A DNA stretch of 64,000 bases from Epithemia pelagica (Eukaryota > Protista > Bacillariophyta), in contig OX337234.1 in NCBI GenBank assembly GCA_946965045.2, forward strand, positions 1,116,001-1,180,000, read 5' to 3'. The translations under genes and the position numbers were made by a program. The notes under the pieces were generated by a model that had not been told where the DNA came from, made no database searches, and saw only the letters and a program-made list of their open reading frames with translations. Positions 1 to 10,712 of the stretch are shown here, piece after piece. Numbering within the stretch: the stretch's first letter is position 1; the number at the start of each line of letters is the position of its first letter.

Positions 1-929
1 TTTGCCTCCCTGGTTTTCAAAGACTTCAGGAGAGATTCAAATTCATTCAAACACTCCCGCCCATCATTGTACTGGGTTATCAACATGCTGTTGAGGGCCT
101 CAAATTGTACCAAGTACCATTTCTTGTTCCCATCCGTACCCAGCAGAATTGTTGATTGCCCCCATACACTTTCCCTCGAGAAAGCAGCAAGCTGGAGTAA
201 CATTTGGGCCTTATTCATCGGCGTCCTGTCGGTCTTCATCTCGACCAGTGCCATACCGTATGTGTAGAACGATTCCTGAGACCGCTCACAAAGTGCGAGC
301 ATTGATTCCTCCGTAACACATCCGTCAGACTTGCCGTTTGCCACCTTTCGATCGGCCTTGATAGGTGCTAATTTCTTTCCTTTCACGTCTCTTATGCCTA
401 GCTTCTTGCCGTCCACAGCAAGCGCTTGATCCAACTTACCAAAGAGCCATTTCAGTGCCAATGGGGTCCCATCATTTTCCGAAAGTTTTCCTGTTCCTCC
501 CGTCAAAAGTGCTTGCTCCCATTCAAAATTTCCTACAACAGATCCGACTCCGACATTCATGTTGGCGACGGCGTTACGCCAGGAGATCGACAGCCCGGTC
601 AACAGATCGGTTGCAAATTCAGTGTTCGCCTTCGACATGTTTCTGTCATCCGTTTTTGACTCGATCATCATTTTCTCTATGTTTTCAATTTTCCGTTTCA
701 TATCCTCCGAATCATTCGCCTGTTGTTTTTGTTGTTCATTCATTTCCTACACCCAGAGTGAGAACAAAGGTGAAACTGTAAGATCACGAACACAACAGAT
801 AAAACACCACAAGCACAAATTCAAACTCACCTGCTTTTGGGACTCGATCATCATTCCTTCCATGCGTTCAATTCTCCGTTTCATATCCTCCGAATGATTC
901 GCCTGTTGTTTTTGTTGTTCATTCATTTC
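1..929 (-). CDS. Crinkler/CR-type PD-(D/E)xK restriction-endonuclease-fold protein; 5' end missing, 3' end runs off the window (exons 929-831 and 746-<1)
   Basis: Not in the ORF track because it runs off the edge. Manual translation is open from 746 to 1: EMNEQQKQQ...ANGKSDGC...ALVEMKT...AQMLLQLAA, i.e. D..ExK..Q REase motifs. Intron 830-747 is GTGAGT...GTGTAG, phase 0. Confidence 0.7.
751..837 (-). repeat. 87-nt intron-derived sequence identical to 8202-8288
   Basis: Base-by-base match ACCCAGAGTGAGAACAAAGG...CTCACCTGCTTT at both loci. Confidence 0.95.
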
Positions 930-937
930 CTACACAG

Positions 938-2099
938 GACAAGATGATTCTCATTACGATGTTACAAATGCGCGACAATATATGGCCGAATTTGTGCGTC
1001 GAAACGGGGAAGCACGATATGCAGTTAAGAGATTGCATCGTGATTTGAACGATTTGGAAAGAACACGGGGGATGATAGACTTGGCTATTGAAGCCAAGAT
1101 TCTTTCATTTGTATGGCATCCGAATATCAGTAGGTTTTGCATCTCTGCGTTCCCCTGCTTCCCACCTTGAAACAATTTGGTCTCTCATATCAAATCATTT
1201 GTTTTCGTCTCTCCAGTAAAAATGCGTGGAGTTGCTGCAGGCCCAACGCTGAACCCAACTTTCTTTATCGTTATGGATCGTTTGCACGTATCCCTACCCG
1301 AAAAAATGGAAGAATGGGCGCAGATTCAATCGGAACATCAGGGCTCTATTTTTGGAATCGGCTCTAATAAGCCTGAAATGAGGCAATTGCTGCAAGAGCG
1401 TCTAAGGGTGGCGTATGATCTCGCAGCTGCGTTCTCGTACATGCATGACAAGAAGTAAGTGATGATGCTGCTGTACCTCGATCCTCGATATACCATCGGA
1501 ACATATTTTGATCTCAGTGTCTCTCTTTGTAATCAGGCTTGTTTACCGAGATATCAAGCAGGAAAACATTGGTTTTGATGTCCGGGGTGATGTCAAAGTG
1601 TTTGATTTTGGGTTGTGCAAGGGTTTGTTGCCATCAAGAAAGACCAAAGACGTTAATGGTCGAGATTTGTATGGGTTTAACCTGACTTCTCGAACTGGGT
1701 CCGTACCCTACATGGCACCGGAAGTCGCCGAATGTAAACCTTATGATTGCAAAGCAGATGTCTTCTCTTTTGCCATTCTCCTCTGGGAAATGCTGGCCCT
1801 TCGGACAGCGTTCAAAGGATACTCGAGGAAAGAGTTCCTGGATCGCGTTGTCAGACGAAGAGAAAGATTAATAGTAAACCGATTATGGCCATCACTGACA
1901 AGAACAGTGATCAAGGAAGCATGGGACAATGACACACAAAAAAGACCCGACATGAAGGTAGGTTCTGGTTATCTGCTTTGGTGCTTCAATCTGTCTACGG
2001 AATCTCACCACTTTTCTCTTCCTCCAGATCTTGGCCCTAAAGTTGAAAGGTGATCTTGATACTATGTCCTCGTATTCCAAAGCTCGTGATAGAGTCTGA
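938..2099 (+). CDS. TKL-type Ser/Thr/Tyr protein kinase lacking the N-terminal Gly-rich loop (exons ~938-1129, 1217-1454, 1538-1957, ~2028-2099)
   Basis: Motifs YAVK, DLAIEAK, HPNIIKMRG, YRDIKQENIGF, DFG, YMAPE and DVFSF across GT-AG introns. No GxGxxG upstream within the frame. Confidence 0.8.
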
Positions 2100-4015
2100 C
2101 TGACGCGACAAAGATCAGGCGATAGTTGTTCCAGAGGTGGAGAAACGGTGTCATCTTTCAAATAAGTTTTATTTCTGTGCCATTTCCTTTCGCGTTGGCT
2201 CCCGAAGTGGGGTCACGTTCCCACACACTGTTTCTATTTAATTAATGTTCAAACCAGGACCGCTGCCATGCAGGCCGCGAGTACTTCCTGTCAACCACAA
2301 ACTGTTACTGTAACAATACCTCTATACATCCAGGCAATTACAATTCTTGACTTTTCCTGTTTCGACTTGACTGTGTGCGTGCTACCACATTTGCCATCGG
2401 TCTCCATTTGGTCAACGCGCTTGAGAATTGAAACTCCAACTCCCATTCTTCATCTAAAACTGAACCTGTCACTCAACGCAGTGTACGAATACGAAACAAA
2501 CCAGCTCCATCCCATTCATGTGACTTCAAAAGGCAACGTCGACACTCGTGAAGAGCGGGTGTAAGTCTTGTTGGCCAAGCCATCGACAACGCCATTAAAA
2601 ACCTTCGGACATGAGGGAACGCATAGCTCCCTACAGTCTACAGTACTCCCAAAATAGAAGTACTGCCAAATTTTTGCTCAAATGACACGACAGCTGATCA
2701 AGGAGGCTTTTCATACTTCATAGATAAAAGAAGAACTTATATTTTGGGTTAGTTAGGACTTTTGGTCAAGTAGCTGGATGCGATAACACTTTTGAAATGC
2801 CTTGTTGATTCATTGAACATGCTAGAGCAGTAGCTATTGTCCACCCAACGGTGGTGTTCCTACTGGGAACTGTAGTCCCGCTGGTTTTCAACGCGGGACT
2901 AAAAATTGAGTTTCGGGTTTTTCGGCAAAGAGAACATGTCATTTTTTCTCAAATCCTACTTCCAACCAACAACAATGAGACACAGCGTAACGTAACTGCT
3001 GAATACAACCAAAATTGGAAAACCTGGAGAGGTGGCTCTCGCCAGAAGTGATACCGGACCAGAGAGCAAGTCGTGATGAAAATAAATGGAGAAGCAACGT
3101 CGAGCACAGAAACAGGCCAAGTACATGTTGTCCGGCGTTTTGCTGCAAAATCGGCGCAAACATTCACAAGTCAATGGAGGGTTTGTGTTTACTATAGAAG
3201 GCCCAAATCCGGGAAAAGTTTCCGCTTCACGATCATTGGTGGAATCTGCAGGGACGAGACAAACGGGGATATTTGATATTTGTCACAAAACGCCAACAAA
3301 ACCCTCACTCAATAAAAATCGAAAAAGATGTGGGACCTCCAGGCACCGGCTGTTTTGGCTTACTGCCAGGGCGAAGCTCTCCGACCAGTGGCAAGCTGGT
3401 CGATAAGGCACTGCCGCGACGTGAACACGATTGAGAAATTGAGAAGTCGGAATCATATCCCCCAGTTTGCACGCAGCGCAGCATTATCAAAGATCTAGTT
3501 TAAGGAGCATGCTGCAGGATGCAAACGGATATGGTTCGAATTGATGGAATCCATGGGTGATGCGGTTGTCCGACGTTTCCAATTTCCAACTAGGAGTACT
3601 CCTACTGCTAGAGGAGTAAAGCTATGGAGAGGGGGTGGGTAGCTGCCATAACTATGCATCGGAGAAATAAGTTCTTAGATCGCGCGAATCTTCTCCCAAT
3701 CAGATTCATGCATGTTTGACGTGTCGCTCTATTATCTAACGACCACAGCGAAGCAGCAAATTTCCAATTTCCTGCAACTTGCAACGGCATACAGCATAGA
3801 CAGCACGACAAGCCGCTCAACACTCAACAGCACACAGTTGATGACACTTATCCTTGACTATCATCCTTGATTAGAAATGGGAAGTACGTGTCAAGCTTGT
3901 CGTCAAGATCAATCCGAGCCTTGGATGCTTGAACTGTCCTCACAATTTTGTAAAAATCGGCATGGATGTCGCTCGCATTGCCACATCAAGGTAGCTTGAT
4001 TGATTACTCGCAACT

Positions 4016-5544
4016 ATGGATAAACGTGCACAGAAAATCGACGGTTACGACGTTGGACATCTTCTGAAGACGGCAGCCAAGGCAGTGCTAAACAAGACTG
4101 CTGACTCACATGTTTTGGACAAAGAGGCAGAAGATCGAATCCCCAAATTTGATATACAAGGTACGTTGCTACTGATCAGTTTTTTAAAGCTGGACTAATG
4201 CGATCGATTGTTCTCATTGAATCGGTCAATCTTTCCTTCGATTTATTGGACACAGAATTGACCGCTGGAAAGGTTTTGGGAAGGGGAGGTTTTTGCGTCG
4301 TACGTGAAATCACTGAAGTGGTTTTGCATGCGACGGAAGAAGACATCATAGAAGACCAAAAACAGGATGATGAGGATCTTATCCACAATATAATACAGGA
4401 TCGTGGCTTCATGGCGACTCATTACCTTCGTCAGGGTAAAGACTATCGTTATGCCATCAAAGAAGCATCGAAGAAGTCGGCACAGCTCTATGTTAATGCG
4501 GTTGTTGACTTGGCGATCGAGGCCAGGTTTCTTGCGGTTATTCGACATCCAAATATTATAAAGATGAGGGCCATGGCGACAGGTCCAGCATGTCATGGAA
4601 ACTTTTTTATTGTCCTCGACAAATTGTACGACACCCTCTCTGTACGCCTGCGCAAATGGAAAAAGAGATTGAATAAAGGAGTTTTGGCACGCATTGTATG
4701 TGGCGGCAAAAAGGAAATTGAATTTTGGGGAGAGAGATTGACGGTTGGCTACGATCTGTCTTGTGGACTGAGTCATTTGCATGACATGAACATTATCTAT
4801 CGTGACATCAAGCCAGACAACATTGGTTTTGATGTTCGCGGAGATGTCAAGATATTTGATTTCGGCCTTGCTAAGGAATTCAAAAAGAAAGATAGAGGTG
4901 CTGACGGCACTTTCCATCTTACGGCAGAAACTGGAAGTCCTCGATACATGGCGCCAGAGGTGTTTTTGGGCAAGCCGTACAATGAAACCTGTGATGTCTA
5001 CTCCTTTAGCATTTTGCTATGGCAAATACTAAAGGCAGAGGTTCCTTTTGATGAGTATACGGAAAGTATGATAATCAACGATGTTTGCAAGGGTGGCGTC
5101 CGCCCCAAACTGGATCCTTCATGGTCTCAAAATGTTCAGCACTGCTTAATTGCTGGTTGGGCCAGTGAAATTTCAAGGCGTGCGAGCATGGAGCAAATTT
5201 CGGATAAGCTTCGAGAAATCATCATGGTCGAGACCGACGAAGAAGTTGGTGATGACATGGGTTTCTCTCGTAAGAGCGACTGCCGGCATGAGATGATGTG
5301 GAAAGCCATTGAATGGCTCGTTTCCGTCACAAAACTCAACGCTTGCTACTCTGTGGTGTGTAGGCGAGTTTGGCTGCCTTTGGGTATCTCCCTGCAAATT
5401 CCTTCAATAAACGTGCATGGTCGAGGTCGCAGAGCCGACACAGATATTTGTCCCCATGGATTGACGATGATCTTCTTTCGATGGAACAATTTTAGAGAAA
5501 CGTGCATTAGCCATTGCGGAAGAGACGACAGCAGACTTAGATAA
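4016..5544 (+). CDS. TKL-type protein kinase (intron 4161-4255)
   Basis: LGRGGFCVV, YAIK, HPNIIKM, YRDIKPDNIGF, DFGLAKE, YMAPE, DVYSF. Splice DIQ-G|AA-LTAG is in frame. The exact 5' and 3' ends are uncertain. Confidence 0.88.
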
Positions 5545-5575
5545 AAATAGAGACTATGCAATGGAGCAAACTACG

Positions 5576-6433
5576 TTACGGTATTCTGCCCCGACTTGCT
5601 ATCCATACTGTCGTAGCCATAACAGCGACGGCGGCATTGAGAGGTTTGATTTCAGCTAGTAATTGTTGAAAGGTGTTTGCAGGATCACCTTGCTTTCCTG
5701 TCATGATTGCCAAAAACGGAATATTGCTGGTTAGACTGTCTCGGACAGGATCTAGCTCGCCTCCCATCCCTCTCCGAAATCTGGAATCCGTGTGCATTCC
5801 TCCCAGCCATGCGACTGCCGCAGGGCCCATCCACCACAATCTCAAGGCCGGATTCGACTGCACCATGGCATTTCCAGCCGATACAAGACCAAAACTCCAC
5901 AAGCCAGGGTGCCGACTGACACGTTCCAATCCTCGAATGTCACTGGACGATCCCTCCTTGTGTTCGTCTGAAAAATCAAAGGGGCATCTTACTTGGAGAC
6001 TGTATCCAGTTCTTTGAGGAGCTTCTGTCTTTGATGCTATTGCTGATTCCGTAACGTTGTCTTCCATTTTGCTTGATACCATAGCCACAGGAATTTGAAG
6101 CTTGGGCAGCGTCTGCGAAGCAAGTACGAGGCCCACAGAGGCCAATCCCCAAGCTGCAACCAAATTCATGGCGGGAATGGTGGAACCAAATAACGAAGGC
6201 GTCGCGGATTTCAGATTTTTTAGTTTGAAGTACGAATAGCCAATGGAACCCATGGCCACTGTGGATATGAAACCGTACAGTCCGTGGTATTGTTCATCAC
6301 CGAATACTTCTCGTAAATATGTCCGGTTTTCGGATAAAATTGCATTTTCGGCAATGAAGAATGACCAACCGAGACCGCCCCATCTTAATTCATTTGACGT
6401 TAGGAACCGACCAGCCCATGTCGTCATGGTCAT
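5576..6433 (-). CDS. NnrU-domain membrane protein (Z-ISO/NnrU-like)
   Basis: Hydrophobic ORF with ERVSRHPGLWSFGL and GGMHTDSRFRRG motifs resembling the NnrU family. Confidence 0.6.
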   Translation of the reverse strand: MTMTTWAGRFLTSNELRWGGLGWSFFIAENAILSENRTYLREVFGDEQYHGLYGFISTVAMGSIGYSYFKLKNLKSATPSLFGSTIPAMNLVAAWGLASVGLVLASQTLPKLQIPVAMVSSKMEDNVTESAIASKTEAPQRTGYSLQVRCPFDFSDEHKEGSSSDIRGLERVSRHPGLWSFGLVSAGNAMVQSNPALRLWWMGPAAVAWLGGMHTDSRFRRGMGGELDPVRDSLTSNIPFLAIMTGKQGDPANTFQQLLAEIKPLNAAVAVMATTVWIASRGRIP

Positions 6434-6670
6434 GGTACTTCACGCAGTTAGCGGTGGACCTTGGATCTTTTCCTTAACATCATGGCCATGGCGCCATGTC
6501 ATAGACTTGACCTACAGCTTTGACTTGCATGAAATGTGAAAATCATCTACCCTAACTAGAGGGTAGCTCTCTCCCTAAATGGTCGGAAAGGCGGATAGGT
6601 GCAGGTACGTGGTTCTTGCTTCAAAGAAGAACAAAAAAATCCCACAAATCCTTCGTCACTTCAAGAGGCA

Positions 6671-7017
6671 ACCATGATGAGAGAAAAGGGGCTCTCTGGG
6701 CTCAAGTGTTGGCGCTGAGTTTGTCGTCTGTGGAAGGATGGATCGCCCGTAACTTGCAGCATGGATCTCCAGTCCGATCGACCGCCATTCAGATGGCCTC
6801 CTCCGACAGGAACGTCGTCTTGGCTCCGTCCGACAACCCATCAGCGTTTGACTCTTTCAAAATTGGTTATGCCCGAGTGCATCGGTATAGCCGCGAAGAA
6901 GACCCTGAGTGCGAAACTGAGTACGTTATGTGGTATCATGGAAGATCGAAGGAACTGGACGGTGCCAATGAAAATAAGCTTCCCCCTCTTTCGACGGGAC
7001 GGATTGGCTCTGGTTAG
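6671..7017 (+). pseudogene. N-terminal fragment of a plastid-targeted five-bladed beta-propeller (GH43/32/130-like) protein
   Basis: Signal-like ALWAQVLALSLSSVEG|W, then YVMWYHGRS...STGRIG. The ATG at 6671 is out of frame with it, and the ORF stops right after GRIG next to the 3' end of the CR-HNH gene. Confidence 0.4.
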
Positions 7018-7119
7018 CAATCATGCCTGCATTCTAATTCCTAGGGTATAATAATAATTCGCAAAATACGGAAAGTTGAAAAGCATTGTTGATGCGCCAC
7101 TTGCGTGAAACGAGCAATA

Positions 7120-8500
7120 TCACGAGACTGTTCTCCACTGCCCACGTGTTTCATTGTAGTTCCAGAGCAGAAGCTTGTAGATAATTTCATACACATCAAC
7201 AGTCTGCAACTTTTCCTTCCACGATGCCAAACTGGCAAGGTCGTCAACACCTGGAATGGCGGTGACACACACTTTCTCAATTGATCCACCGGGGTTCTGC
7301 TGTTCTTCAAAGAGAAGTTTATGTGTCCGGTTCTTTTCGCAAAATATGTAGATTGGGCCATGAAAATAGCAGTGGCCTTCAGCGTTGGTATCACCAACGT
7401 TTTCAGGCAAGAACGGTCGCCAGGACTCCAAAATCACCCTATCGCGGCACCAAAGTCGGATTGAAATTCGATAGAACTGCTTATGGTCCATATTGATTTC
7501 ATCCGTTGCAACAGGTTCAAGGGCCACTTTTGGTTGAGTTTCGGCTTTTACCGCACTACCCTTTCCCGTACCATCGAAGTTTACATGACCATCTTTCGAC
7601 AGAGCCAGACGATTAAACTCGTGTTTATCAAGCCAAGCGTAGTGTCCCTTGCACTTGGCCCTTGGGAAAATATGAGCACCATCAGCCTTGCTTCGAGCGA
7701 ATGCCCGGTCTGTTTCAATCCGTTGGTACTTGAATACTGTATCGTCCATCCCATAGCTTGTTGCCTTCGACGACAGTTCAATCGCCGAGAGCTCGACATC
7801 CCAAACAGGCGAGTCGTTTGGCGGTTCACCGTCTCGTTGACAGGGAGTGTAGTCACTCGTTTGTACAAGATCAGCGGTAGCTTCGAAAGGTGCGGTTGTG
7901 GAGCGATGGAAACGTCCAAGGCAAGTGACTCCACTTGTCGTGGTGATGTAGTCGTCGACGCTCGTGATAAAGCTGTTGGCACTGCGCTTGTCTTCAAAGA
8001 CGACCGACATCGAAATCAGGCGTTTGTCATCGTCGGTCGAATGATTCTGTACCAGAAAAGAGTCGCCAACATCTTTTCCTTGGGGGTAGTAGCCACCAGC
8101 GTCAATGGCAAGCCGCATTAGCTTGAGGCGCACTCCCCCAATGTTTTTTCCTCGTTCGACCGTGCCCTGAACAAGAAACCAAAAAATCTGCCGCTTCTTC
8201 CACCCAGAGTGAGAACAAAGGTGAAACTGTAAGATCACGAACACAACAGATAAAACACCACAAGCACAAATTCAAACTCACCTGCTTTAATGCATTGCTC
8301 AATTCATTAGCGAACGGGATTGACAATCCGCTTCTCTCAAGCTGTTCGCTTGAGATTCCAAGTAACGTTGATGGTGTGTCAAACCCCTTTTTGAACAACG
8401 TAGATGCCGTTGTGGACGCGACCTTTTTGCGCACACCTTTTCCTTCCAACCATACCTTGAGTTCACTGACATCCTTGAACTCCTCACCGTTGGCACTCAT
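7120..8500 (-). CDS. Crinkler/CR-type protein: SAM-like header exon (8500-8282) plus HNH-nuclease exon (8187-7120), ~428 aa
   Basis: Header MSANGEEFKDVSELKVWLEGKG...LERSGLSIPFANELSNALKQ. Phase-0 intron 8281-8188. C-terminal GAHIFP...NRLALSKDGHVNFDG is an HNH_2-like motif. Confidence 0.72.
8202..8288 (-). repeat. Second copy of the shared 87-nt intron sequence
   Basis: Identical to 751-837. Confidence 0.95.
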
Positions 8501-8956
8501 TGTCGCGCTGTTGGTGTTGTTTGGGTTGTTTGGGTTGTGGCTGCCTCTGTTTGTCGTCGTTTCTTTTGTCTCATCTCTATCTAAGAGAGTGAGTCGTTTG
8601 TGTTGCTGCATGTTTTTCTGGCGTCAGCCATTATTATCAAGCGCAAGGGATCAAAAAATTACATCACCTATACCGAGGGAATGTGGCAAAATGAATCGTG
8701 ACTGCGCAGAATACAGTCTTATTTAAGCCTTTGAACTAAACCCGTTCTTGACCCTTTGGTCTCGCGCGCATGCAGGTCAATCAAAAAGTGATCGCGTGAA
8801 ACTTCCTTCTGGTCGCTGAAAACGCTTCAGCGGTGACATCATCGTGCTGTCTTTATCCCACACTCTATGAGTCAGTCTCTTGTCAAACTCTCTTTGTGAG
8901 ACTTCTCATTCAACATTCAACGAAGGCCTCGTCCTCTTTGAAAGTCAAGTACCAAC

Positions 8957-10186
8957 ATGAAGACCTCCTATCCATTGCACTCCGCGTCCAAGATTGTCCT
9001 ATTATTGGCCTTTCTTGTTTCAAATGCAGTCGTTGAGTCGTTGACTCCATTGACGGCATCGTCTCGAGCGATTCGTTCCTCTTCCGTCTTGTCGGCGACC
9101 ACGGTGGCTGCTCCCAATGGTGCCACGGCATCCAGTGCTGTGGGCGCTCCCTTGTTGGTGAATCGTGTGGCTGTCGTTGGTGCGACGGGCCGGACAGGTC
9201 GCTATGTGGTACAAGAATTGTTGGATCGAGGAGCCCAAGAAGTTGTGGCCTTGGTCCGCTCCCAATCCAAGGCACAAAGTGTGTTTTCGGGGGAAGAAGA
9301 TCCATCCTTTCGATTGGATGACATGAACAACGGCAAACTCAAATTTGTCGAATGCGACCTGACCAATGCCCGGTCCATCGAACAAGCATTGCAGGGCATG
9401 GAGGCGGCCATTTGGTGTGCCACGGGCTTTTCCAGTAACCAAAACAATAGTGTCATGGACAAGGTTCGTAGCTTGGTGGGAATTGCCACCAAACAAAGTA
9501 TTGATTTGGTCGGATTGCCCAAAATTGCCACTATTCTTGAATCGAACAATGCCAATGGAAACAACAAGCAATTGCCCAAGGTTGTCATGTGCAGTTCGGC
9601 CGGTGTGACACGACCGAGCTGGAGTGCCGACAAGAAAAAGCGTTTGGTCGGGGCTGCCGAAATTCCCATTGTACGTTTGAATCCTTTTGGTATTTTGGAT
9701 GTGAAGCGAGAATCGGAAGAAATTCTGCGTCAAACCAAAGTACCCTACTGCATTGTTCGTCCGGCCGGATTGAATGATTCCTGGCCAGCTGGATCTCGTC
9801 CCATTGTTAGCCAGGGCGACGTTGCCGTTGGCCGAATCAATCGCAAGGATGTTGCCAGTCTATTGATTGATATGCTTTCGGAACTGGACTCGGTTGGCAA
9901 AACCTTTGAAGTCATGGCTCTGGCCAACTACCCCAAACCAGCTCCTTCGGCCGTGACCAAATCCTTGCAAGGTTTGGCGTCAGACGACCAAGGAGAATTG
10001 CCCATGGAAACCATTGTTGCCACTTACACGGCCATGCAACAATTGCTCCCCGGTGAAAAGCAAGATTCAGCGGGCCTTGCCATGGGTCAGACCTACGAAC
10101 AACTCGATAACGACCAAACGGGACGATTGGGAAAGCGTGGTCAAGAAGACTTTGAATCGGTCGCACCTAAACCAAGCAACAATTGA
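8957..10186 (+). CDS. Plastid-targeted NAD(P)-binding Rossmann protein (TIC62/NmrA-like atypical SDR)
   Basis: Signal peptide and Ser-rich transit peptide, VVGATGRTG, IVRPAGL, GRINRKDVA. Confidence 0.85.
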   Translation: MKTSYPLHSASKIVLLLAFLVSNAVVESLTPLTASSRAIRSSSVLSATTVAAPNGATASSAVGAPLLVNRVAVVGATGRTGRYVVQELLDRGAQEVVALVRSQSKAQSVFSGEEDPSFRLDDMNNGKLKFVECDLTNARSIEQALQGMEAAIWCATGFSSNQNNSVMDKVRSLVGIATKQSIDLVGLPKIATILESNNANGNNKQLPKVVMCSSAGVTRPSWSADKKKRLVGAAEIPIVRLNPFGILDVKRESEEILRQTKVPYCIVRPAGLNDSWPAGSRPIVSQGDVAVGRINRKDVASLLIDMLSELDSVGKTFEVMALANYPKPAPSAVTKSLQGLASDDQGELPMETIVATYTAMQQLLPGEKQDSAGLAMGQTYEQLDNDQTGRLGKRGQEDFESVAPKPSNN

Positions 10187-10712
10187 AAATGAAATCCTTC
10201 GTCACGAGTTTTTCAAGAGCAACCTTGACTAATCACGAACCTGCCACACAATGCGTTTTCAGCACACAGTACAACACCGATCCGTGTGAACGCGTTCTTC
10301 ATATGTGACGACATTACCGCAGCCACAGTCTCCGGACACCAAAACGACGTTCGGGAAGGGAACACCAAGTATCGAGGAATATGGATAAGAAGGTAATTCT
10401 CTTTCCTTAATGTAAGCTTTATTTTGAACCAATGCCTCTCGCATTTCATTAGCTGCAGAAACTGGCCCTCGCTGTAGAATCAACCCCTCATGTGAACAGC
10501 CAAGCGTCCCCTTCGCTTTGGCAATCAACTCAGTGTTCAATACACCCAAGTTTCGACAAAGCCAGCTTCTGTGGGGAAAAGAAACTGCACACTGACGCTG
10601 CCAGTTAACCTAACGAAACGAACGACAAGCAACCAATACTTGTCATGGACGACCGCATATCATGATCGCCAAGATCGCAATAACGTTTCTTAAACACCCT
10701 CGCACGGCTGAG

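Noticed and set aside
2850-3500. Cluster of short ORFs
   Set aside because: No recognisable motifs or splice-consistent model.
9020-9733. Antisense ORFs within real genes (also 4243-4917, 39777-40907, 51394-52041)
   Set aside because: These are shadows of the coding strand with no motifs of their own.
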